A stretch of DNA of 64,000 bases from an uncultured Planctomycetia bacterium (GTDB lineage: Bacteria > Omnitrophota > Gorgyraeia > S143-82), in the NCBI GenBank assembly GCA_964469495.1, contig CAYXYY010000011.1, positions 30,845 to 94,844 of the forward strand, written 5' to 3'. Of this stretch, positions 57,465-64,000 are shown one piece after another. Every line of letters starts with the position of its first letter. The first letter of the stretch is position 1. The notes under the pieces are model-generated. The model made no database searches. It saw only the letters and a list, made by a program, of their open reading frames with translations, and was not told where the DNA came from. The translations under genes and the position numbers were made by a program.

Positions 57465-57850
57465 AATTTTTCTCTTTGATAAAAATCTAAAAAATTCTCT
57501 AATGCGTTTTTTCTCTCCTTGATTCTTTCGACCCATGCTTTAAGCAGTCTTCTGCCATGAGGAGTGATTTGATAGACCCTTTTTCTTCTTGAACCCTTTG
57601 TTTTCCATGAAGATTTTACAAGGAATTCTTTTTCCATCTTTCTCAATATCCGATACACTGATCCTATATCAATGTTTTTTTTATGAAAGCCAAGGAGTTT
57701 TAATTTATCGATCAATTCATAACCGTGAGACGGCTTCTTTGACAAAAACAAGAGTAGACCGGGCTGAATAAATCTTGAAACTCTACGCAGGGAAAAATTG
57801 CAGCCCTTTTCTTTTTCATCCAATTTTTCCCCTAATTCTTTTGATTTCAT
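57461..57850 (-). CDS. PadR-family transcriptional regulator, the first gene of the efflux operon
   Basis: ...PGLLLFLSKKPSHGYELIDKL...GSVYRILRKMEKEFLV...RKRVYQITPHGRRLL is the PadR wHTH signature. An SD (AGGAGA) precedes the internal ATG at 57850, which is preferred over the 57877 start. Confidence 0.75.
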   Translation of the reverse strand: MKSKELGEKLDEKEKGCNFSLRRVSRFIQPGLLLFLSKKPSHGYELIDKLKLLGFHKKNIDIGSVYRILRKMEKEFLVKSSWKTKGSRRKRVYQITPHGRRLLKAWVERIKERKNALENFLDFYQREKL

Positions 57851-57887
57851 ATCTTCTCCTATATAAGACAAAACCATATATGCTTAT

Positions 57888-57916
57888 ATCATATAATACA
57901 GCCATATTACTGTCAA
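57888..57916 (-). promoter_or_regulatory. Putative sigma70 promoter of the padR-MFP-RND/OMF operon: TTGACA (complement of 57911-57916), a 17-bp spacer, TATGAT (complement of 57888-57893)
   Basis: Hexamers from the reverse-complement reading. Confidence 0.4.
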
Positions 57917-57985
57917 GTATTTCTTAAAGATGAAATGGGAAACGGAACAGACATGGTTTTGCTGACTGTGAAAGAGGATTCCAAA

Positions 57986-58047
57986 ATATGCTTAATATGA
58001 GTGTATAACATTGCCTTGCCTATAATGGTGCAGGGGGTCTGTTTTGA
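57986..58047 (+). repeat. Copy 2 of the 61/62-bp direct repeat, about 65 nt upstream of the methylthiotransferase gene
   Basis: See copy 1. The only difference is GGGGG versus GGGG. Confidence 0.9.
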
Positions 58048-58111
58048 GGAAAGACTAGAACATTTAAAAAAACCCCTTTAAAGGCTTTATACTCTGCTAT
58101 AATATTTTCTT

Positions 58112-59212
58112 ATGCCTAAAATCTATATTAAAACTTTTGGCTGTCAGATGAACAAGCGGGATTCTGAGATCCTGGCAGGCGCTCTTATGCGCAAAGGCGC
58201 TGTTTTGGTGGATGACTGGCAGGATGCAGACGTTGTTTTGTTCAATACCTGCGCGGTGCGCAAGCATGCAGAAGACAGGGTGTTTAGTATTCTTGGGCTT
58301 ATTGCGAAAAAGACTCGCGATAGGGGAGAGAACAGAATCTTTGGCCTGCTTGGCTGTATGGCGCAGGAATGGAGGGAAAAGGCCTTTAGAAAAGCGCCGT
58401 ATCTGGATGTGGTCTGCGGCCCGAATGATTTGTTTTCATTGGTGGAGAATTTTGATTCTATTTTAGAGAAAAAACAAAAACTGTGTTTTGTTGATTCAGA
58501 GAAACGAGTTGATGAGTTTTACTCTAATGGGGCATTTTTCTCGACGAGTGATGAACATGCCTTTGTGATTATTATGGAGGGATGTAATAACTTTTGCACT
58601 TATTGCATTGTCCCTTATGTAAGGGGGCGAGAGCGCAGCAGGCCTTCAAAGGATATATTAAAGGAGATAAAGATATTGATAGATCAAGGGAAAAAGAGTT
58701 TTACCCTTTTAGGGCAGAACGTTAATTCCTATGCAGGGGATATGTCTTTTATTGAGCTTTTGGATAAGGCCTCTAATATTGACGGTGTTCAGGAACTCTC
58801 TTTTGTTACGTCTCATCCTAAAGATGCATCTCTTGAATTATTTGATCTGATGGCAAAGAAGGAAAATATAAAAAAATATTTACACCTGCCTTTTCAGTCC
58901 GGCTCAAATAGGATATTGAAATTAATGAACAGGGGGTATACTATAGAAAGATACAAAGAACTAGTTTTGGCCTATAAGGAAAAGGTAAGAAGCGGTTATT
59001 TAAGCACAGACGTTATCGTTGGGTTTCCATCAGAGACAGAGGAAGATTTTGAACAGACTAAACAGGTTTTAGAGGAGATAGATTTCGATTGCGCGTATAT
59101 TTTTAAATATTCGCCAAGGCCCTATAGCAAGGCATATGAGATGAAAGACGATGTCCCTATTAGAGAAAAGGAGCGCAGGCATAAAGTTTTGCTGGATATG
59201 GTAACTAGTTAG
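58112..59212 (+). CDS. Radical-SAM methylthiotransferase of the MiaB/RimO/MtaB family that lacks the C-terminal TRAM domain
   Basis: It has the MTTase N-domain (IKTFGCQMNKRDSE), the radical-SAM CxxxCxxC (CNNFCTYCIVP), and ends ...KERRHKVLLDMVTS. That point is about where the TRAM domain normally begins. Confidence 0.75.
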   Translation: MPKIYIKTFGCQMNKRDSEILAGALMRKGAVLVDDWQDADVVLFNTCAVRKHAEDRVFSILGLIAKKTRDRGENRIFGLLGCMAQEWREKAFRKAPYLDVVCGPNDLFSLVENFDSILEKKQKLCFVDSEKRVDEFYSNGAFFSTSDEHAFVIIMEGCNNFCTYCIVPYVRGRERSRPSKDILKEIKILIDQGKKSFTLLGQNVNSYAGDMSFIELLDKASNIDGVQELSFVTSHPKDASLELFDLMAKKENIKKYLHLPFQSGSNRILKLMNRGYTIERYKELVLAYKEKVRSGYLSTDVIVGFPSETEEDFEQTKQVLEEIDFDCAYIFKYSPRPYSKAYEMKDDVPIREKERRHKVLLDMVTS

Positions 59213-59300
59213 AATTTTTGTTAGTAAATTATGTGTTTTGGAATATAATATTGCGATAGATGTTAAATGTTTTTGTTTTCACAATCCAAAGGAGGGTGCT

Positions 59301-60290
59301 ATGGACGGAAATATTCAGGCTATAGTTGAGATTGTGGAGAAACAATCCGCTTTGGTAAAACAGATTGAGCAGGAATTGTCTAAAGTTATTGTCGGCCAGC
59401 AATATCTTATAAATAGACTGATTCTGGGGCTTATCTCAGGCGGGCATATTTTGATAGAAGGCGTGCCGGGGCTGGCTAAAACCTTGGCTGTCCGCACTCT
59501 TTCAGATGCCGTTGATTGTGATTTTAGCCGTATACAGTTTACGCCAGACCTTTTGCCTGCAGATGTCATAGGCACGCTTATATATAATCCAAAGGATTCG
59601 GATTTTATTACCAAAAAAGGGCCGGTGTTTACTAATCTGCTTCTGGCAGATGAGATAAACAGGGCGCCAGCTAAGGTGCAGAGCGCTCTGCTTGAGGCCA
59701 TGCAGGAAAAGCAGGTTACCATTGGAGATGAGACGTATAACTTGCCTGATTTGTTTATGGTTATTGCAACGCAAAATCCAATAGAACAGGAAGGCACCTA
59801 TCCATTGCCGGAGGCGCAAGTGGATCGTTTTATGCTTAAATTGAAGGTTGGTTATCCGAATAAGGCCGAAGAGATTCGCATCATAGAAAGAATGGCCGCT
59901 ATTGAACAGCCAAAGGCCTCTGTTGTTTTAAATCCGGGTCAAATATTGGGGCTTAAGAAAACGGTTTTCAGTATATATATGGATGAGAAGATAAAACATT
60001 ATATTGTTTCTATTATTGATGCAACGCGTCATCCTGATGCCTATAAATTAGAGGAAATCTCTCCTTTGATTGGATATGGCGCGTCTCCTCGCGGGACGTT
60101 AAACTTGGCTATAGGAGCAAAGGCCTATGCTTTTTTAAAACAACGCGCTTTTGTTTTGCCCGACGATGTCAAGGCTATTGCAAAGGACGTGTTAAGGCAT
60201 AGGCTGCTTTTGACCTATGAGGCCGAGGCAGAGGGAATGGACAGCGATGCTGTTATAGACAAACTCTTGGCGGAATTGCCTGTGCCGTAA
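59301..60290 (+). CDS. MoxR-family AAA+ ATPase
   Basis: ...IVGQQYLINRLILGLISGGHILIEGVPGLAKT... and ...LLADEINRAPAKVQSALLEAMQE are the MoxR signatures. An SD (AAGGAGGG) precedes the ATG at 59301. Confidence 0.85.
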   Translation: MDGNIQAIVEIVEKQSALVKQIEQELSKVIVGQQYLINRLILGLISGGHILIEGVPGLAKTLAVRTLSDAVDCDFSRIQFTPDLLPADVIGTLIYNPKDSDFITKKGPVFTNLLLADEINRAPAKVQSALLEAMQEKQVTIGDETYNLPDLFMVIATQNPIEQEGTYPLPEAQVDRFMLKLKVGYPNKAEEIRIIERMAAIEQPKASVVLNPGQILGLKKTVFSIYMDEKIKHYIVSIIDATRHPDAYKLEEISPLIGYGASPRGTLNLAIGAKAYAFLKQRAFVLPDDVKAIAKDVLRHRLLLTYEAEAEGMDSDAVIDKLLAELPVP

Positions 60291-60373
60291 TGGAAAACGT
60301 CTTTCTCTCTTGTTTATGATATTTTATTTTGATATAATTCTAAAAGGGGCGTTTTATTATAAGGAGGTGGCAC

Positions 60374-62002
60374 GTGTTAAAACTGTTTTCAAATCTTAAG
60401 ATATCCCACAAGATATTGCTTGCCAATGGATTGTTGTTTTTTAACATTATCGTTGTTGTCGGCGGCACGTTTATTGTCCTACAGATGCAAAAGTTTGACG
60501 CGGTAAAAATTAATCTTGCAGGCAGGCAGAGGATGCTGACTCAGAAGATGATGAAAGAGGCAGAAAAATTGGTAAGCGATGCAAAGGACATGGAGAAGTC
60601 TTCTCAGGATTATCAAAATCAGCAACAGGGATTGAATAAAACAGTAAAACTGTTTGACACGACGCTAAAGGCCCTTATATACGGCGGCAAGGCTGCCAAG
60701 GACCTGAAAATGACCAAATTTACCATGCTTCCTCCTTGTACGGATAAAAAGATATATAAACAGCTTAAGGTGGTAGAAAAACTCTGGGTGGGTTTTAAGT
60801 CGCATATAGATATGTTGCAAGATGATGAGGCCGATGTGGATTTATCCTTTATCAGGGGCCATAATATGAGGTTGTTGAAAGAGATGAACAAGGCCGTTGG
60901 CCTTATTCAGGCTGCTTCCAATAAAAAAATAGATATGCTCCGTGTTTTTATGCTGGTTTCATTTGTTATAAGTATACTTATATTCGGTGTTTCTTTTGCG
61001 ATATCCTCTTCTATTGTACGGCCTATTAATGAGGTCAGGGATAAGTTGGTTATTAGCGCTAAGGGCGATTTAAGCCAAAGGATTACGAATATTGATTCAA
61101 ATGACGAGATAGGGGATATGGTTAGGGCATTTAATTCCTTTATGGAGGATATAAGTAGGTTGATACAGACGGCAAAGGATAGCGCTGGTTCTGTTATTTC
61201 TTTCGCGAACACGCTTTCATCTATGGTTGATCAATTGTCTTCTTCTATAAAATCCCAGACAGGGCAAGCCAATAATATCGCCTCTGCAACGGAACAGATG
61301 AACGCAACGGTGAAGGAGATAGCAGGGGCGACCCGCGAGGCAAAAGGCAAGTCTGATGAGGCTACGGACAAGGCTATTGTCGGTGAGAGAAACGTGGATG
61401 CCTTATTGGTTGAAATGGATAATGTGGTGCGCGTTGAGCAGGCCTTTGCTGACCAGTTTAACAGGCTTAATGAGGATTCGTCTCAGGTTTCAAGTGTTAT
61501 CGTGGTTATTAATGATATCGCGGATAAAATTAATTTGCTTGCGTTGAACGCAGCTATTGAGGCGGCGCGCGCAGGAGAAGCGGGAAGAGGGTTTTCCGTT
61601 GTTGCTGAAGAAGTGCGTAAGTTAGCGGAAAAGACGAAGGATTCAACACAGGAAATCAAGTCTGTTATTACAAGCATACAAAGGGATATCTCCAATATGA
61701 GCGAGGACGTTACTAGAAACGTCGGCATTATACAGCAGACAGCGGAAAAGGCCAAAGAGGTTGGCGATGTTGTGCGCGATATACGTTCTGTTATCAACGA
61801 ATTGAATGACTTTATGAATCAGGTCGTCACAGCAACCGACGAGCAATCTATTGCCACAGAGGAGATCTCAAAGAGCATTACGCAGATATCAGGCGCGTTG
61901 AGCGAGCACTTTGAATCCATAAAGGTTATTGCAGGTGATATGGAAGGCCTTTCTCAAGCGGTTGAAGAGTTGAATGTCTTGATAAACAAATTTGCTATTT
62001 AA
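60374..62002 (+). CDS. Methyl-accepting chemotaxis protein with an N-terminal PilJ/NarX-type (nitrate/nitrite-like) periplasmic sensor
   Basis: [18 protein letters not shown] is the PilJ/NIT N-terminal motif. It has two TMs, a HAMP domain and the MCP signalling domain (...[32 protein letters not shown]...). The start is a GTG. Confidence 0.85.
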   Translation: MLKLFSNLKISHKILLANGLLFFNIIVVVGGTFIVLQMQKFDAVKINLAGRQRMLTQKMMKEAEKLVSDAKDMEKSSQDYQNQQQGLNKTVKLFDTTLKALIYGGKAAKDLKMTKFTMLPPCTDKKIYKQLKVVEKLWVGFKSHIDMLQDDEADVDLSFIRGHNMRLLKEMNKAVGLIQAASNKKIDMLRVFMLVSFVISILIFGVSFAISSSIVRPINEVRDKLVISAKGDLSQRITNIDSNDEIGDMVRAFNSFMEDISRLIQTAKDSAGSVISFANTLSSMVDQLSSSIKSQTGQANNIASATEQMNATVKEIAGATREAKGKSDEATDKAIVGERNVDALLVEMDNVVRVEQAFADQFNRLNEDSSQVSSVIVVINDIADKINLLALNAAIEAARAGEAGRGFSVVAEEVRKLAEKTKDSTQEIKSVITSIQRDISNMSEDVTRNVGIIQQTAEKAKEVGDVVRDIRSVINELNDFMNQVVTATDEQSIATEEISKSITQISGALSEHFESIKVIAGDMEGLSQAVEELNVLINKFAI

Positions 62003-62056
62003 GGTTTTGTAAATGGCCCAATCTGGTATATAATGCCTTAAAAGCGGGAGGTATGT

Positions 62057-62494
62057 GTGGAGATTTTAGTCTTGCATGGGCCAAATCTAAATCTGTTGGG
62101 AGAAAGAGAGCCAGATGTTTATGGCGATATTTCTCTTGATAAGGTAAATGAGAGGATACAGGAAACTGCTCGCGATTTATCTATAAACGTCCATATCTTT
62201 CAATCCAACAGCGAATCCGAATTGATAGATAAAATTATAGAAAATAGGAATAAAGTTTCCGGGATTGTTATCAATCCGGGCGCTTTTACGCATTATAGTA
62301 TAGCTTTAAGGGACTGTATTGCTGGTGTTGGCCTGCCTGCGGTTGAGGTGCACATAAGCAATATTTACAACAGGGAGCCGTTTAGGCACAATTCCGTTAT
62401 TGCCCCTGTTTGTCTGGGCCAGATCACGGGTTTTTCTGTTGATAGTTATGTGTTGGGGCTGTTTGCCTTGGTTTCTCATTTGAGGGGACAATGA
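62057..62494 (+). CDS. aroQ: Type II 3-dehydroquinate dehydratase
   Basis: MEILVLHGPNLNLLGEREPDVYG...INPGAFTHYSIALRD is the AroQ signature. The protein is 145 aa. Confidence 0.9.
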   Translation: MEILVLHGPNLNLLGEREPDVYGDISLDKVNERIQETARDLSINVHIFQSNSESELIDKIIENRNKVSGIVINPGAFTHYSIALRDCIAGVGLPAVEVHISNIYNREPFRHNSVIAPVCLGQITGFSVDSYVLGLFALVSHLRGQ

Positions 62495-63018
62495 GGATAT
62501 TTTCTTTATTAATCTTGGTCGTGCTGTTTTTTCAGGGATGCGCTTATCGGCCTGTTGGAAAAGGGGTTAATTTTTCGTCTGTATATATTGCGCCTGTAAA
62601 AAACAAGATAGACGTTGCTGTTGATTACTCATCCATATCTGAACTGCAAAAATATTTCCCGGATATAGATGCGCAGATAAGGAGCAAGTTGTCTGGCAGA
62701 TTTGTCTTTGACGGCAATGTCAAGACGGTAAATAAGGATAAGGCCGACTTGATTTTGCATGTGGAACTGCTTTCGTATTATAAAACACCAATGCGTTTTT
62801 CAGAGCAAAACGAGGTGGAAGGATATCGCATAAGCGTTATTGCCAATGTCTATGGCGAAGATAGAGATGGTAAACAGGTATATGCGCCCAAACGCCTTAC
62901 AGGAGTGGCTGACTATATATTAACGGGCAGTAATGCGGTTTCAGAGTCTGATGCCGTTTTATCAGCCATAGATGATCTTGTGAAGCGTATAGTGGAGTAT
63001 GTGGTTGAGGTATGGTAA
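62491..63018 (+). CDS. Lipoprotein, possibly LPS-assembly lipoprotein LptE-like
   Basis: It has a signal peptide with a lipobox (...FFQGC|AYRPVG) and an LptE-like size and N-terminus. It is weakly supported. Confidence 0.4.
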   Translation: MRIFSLLILVVLFFQGCAYRPVGKGVNFSSVYIAPVKNKIDVAVDYSSISELQKYFPDIDAQIRSKLSGRFVFDGNVKTVNKDKADLILHVELLSYYKTPMRFSEQNEVEGYRISVIANVYGEDRDGKQVYAPKRLTGVADYILTGSNAVSESDAVLSAIDDLVKRIVEYVVEVW

Positions 63019-63665
63019 TTCTGCTCACCGGATCTGATATAGCGAAAAAACAGGCGTTTATTGAGGAGAAGAAGGGCCTGTTGGAGTCTGGATTGTGGGG
63101 ACTGAACTTTCAATCCTTTTATCCCATTGATCTTAAAGACGAGAAAGACGTTAAGAAGGCCTTTCGTTCTTTGCCTATGTCCGGCAGGGGTTTGGTTGTC
63201 TTTCAGGATATAGATAATTTGAAGAGCAAGGTTGCGAAGGCATTTGAAAATGAGCTTAAGGCCATAAAGGATTTGGAAGAGGGCCTATATGATATTGATT
63301 ATATAATAGAAGGGTCTGGCAGTTATGGGAGTTTCTCAGCCAAAGTAATACCACTGGTTGAAGAATCCTTGCGGTTTGGAGAGATAAGAGAGCCGGAAAA
63401 TATCTTTGACCTGTGCAGGCAGATAGTTTATGGGAAGATAGAAAATGCCCATAGAAAGTTCAAGGCGTTAAATATAGATTACAGGACGTTTCCTCAATTT
63501 TTGGGCAGTATGAGGGCGGTGATAGAGAGAGATAGGCGGTTGTCTTTTGCTGATAAAAACAGATGGAGCGCTATTTTGTTGGAGATAGACAGAAAATCAA
63601 AATTTCAGGGACTTTCTGCCGACGAAGCATTGGATTTTTTGCTTCTATTTCCAAGGTTAAGATGA
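63012..63665 (+). CDS. Hypothetical protein, possibly a short DNA polymerase III delta (HolA)-like protein, judged from its position after the LptE-like gene
   Basis: Only weak N-terminal resemblance exists (MVILLTGSD...). The call rests on the conserved lptE-holA synteny known from Proteobacteria. Confidence 0.25.
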   Translation: MVILLTGSDIAKKQAFIEEKKGLLESGLWGLNFQSFYPIDLKDEKDVKKAFRSLPMSGRGLVVFQDIDNLKSKVAKAFENELKAIKDLEEGLYDIDYIIEGSGSYGSFSAKVIPLVEESLRFGEIREPENIFDLCRQIVYGKIENAHRKFKALNIDYRTFPQFLGSMRAVIERDRRLSFADKNRWSAILLEIDRKSKFQGLSADEALDFLLLFPRLR

Positions 63666-63721
63666 TAAAATCAAAGTGTGTTTATTATCTAATTAAGGCC
63701 ATTTGAGAGAAAGGTTTTGTT

Positions 63722-64000
63722 TATGCGAAGCGATGAAGTCAAAAAGGGGTTAGAACGAGTTCCTCATAGGGCGTTGATGTATGCAACAGGGGTGAATAAG
63801 AGAGATTTTTCAAGGCCATTTATTGGTATAGCCAGCGCATTTTCCGATTTGATACCAGGGCACACGGATATGCGTTCTTTAGAGAGGTTTATTGAAAGAG
63901 GCATCGCGTATGCCGGAGGTGCGCCGTTTATATTTGGGATACCTGGCCTCTGTGATGGGATTGCTATGGGGCATAAAGGGATGTTCTATTCCCTGCCTTC
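63722..64000 (+). CDS. ilvD: Dihydroxy-acid dehydratase, 5' portion (the ORF runs off the window end)
   Basis: ...[35 protein letters not shown]...[17 protein letters not shown] is the IlvD/EDD N-terminal signature. Confidence 0.9.

Noticed and set aside
51092-58047. Integrase, recombinase or transposase inside the repeat-bracketed segment
   Set aside because: I translated all ORFs in the segment. They comprise Phd, RelE, PadR, MFP and the RND-OMF fusion. None has tyrosine-recombinase, serine-recombinase or DDE motifs. The mobile-element interpretation therefore rests on the repeats alone.

Overview
This window is a 64-kb stretch of chromosome from a diderm (Gram-negative-type) bacterium. 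It is moderately AT-rich and densely coded on both strands; I found no rRNA or CRISPR.

Gene content, left to right:
- 1-6.1 kb: the 3' end of birA, rsmE, rdgB, a large secreted M1-like zinc peptidase fused to a C-terminal outer-membrane beta-barrel, a DUF72 protein and a YgjP-like hydrolase.
- 6.3-14.1 kb: one contiguous heat-shock super-operon, hspR-clpB-hpf-hrcA-grpE-dnaK-dnaJ, behind a sigma70-like promoter that carries a degenerate CIRCE-like element.
- 14.1-16.5 kb: a LolC/E-like permease, tRNA-Glu(CUC) with its own promoter, and a parvulin-type PPIase lipoprotein.
- 16.5-21.5 kb: a Tad-like cluster. It comprises cpaB, a cpaC secretin with a C-terminal TonB_C domain, and a single gene fusing a degenerate-Walker-A CpaE/TadZ-like domain to a CpaF/TadA ATPase. 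I could not find TadB/TadC platform genes or a prepilin peptidase.
- 24-35.6 kb, minus strand: a pseudopilin set. It holds GspG-, GspI- and GspJ-like genes plus two giant PilX_N/GspK-anchored proteins (1037 aa and 567 aa, the latter with a Ca-binding-like D/N/G repeat). bioF-bioG lie directly downstream; pgi, a tiny basic ORF and nadE are interspersed.
- 36-43.8 kb: pfkA, a membrane-anchored SNase nuclease behind PilN/PilO-like genes, an FAH-family hydrolase, an OM beta-barrel, an AAA-ATPase gene remnant, and an NfeD-stomatin pair.
- 43.9-51.1 kb: dnaE, murA, a Macro-NUDIX fusion and a dockerin-bearing secreted protein.
- 51.1-58.0 kb: the most striking segment. A near-identical ~61-bp direct repeat carrying a TATAAT box flanks about 6.9 kb. 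That segment holds a Phd/RelE toxin-antitoxin pair with a perfect palindromic operator, and a padR-MFP-RND efflux operon. The RND permease is fused in frame, through a 13th hydrophobic segment, to a TolC-like outer-membrane factor, giving a single 1509-aa ORF.
- 58.1-64 kb: a TRAM-less MiaB/RimO-type methylthiotransferase, a MoxR ATPase, a PilJ-type MCP, aroQ, an LptE-like lipoprotein, a possible HolA-like protein and the 5' part of ilvD.
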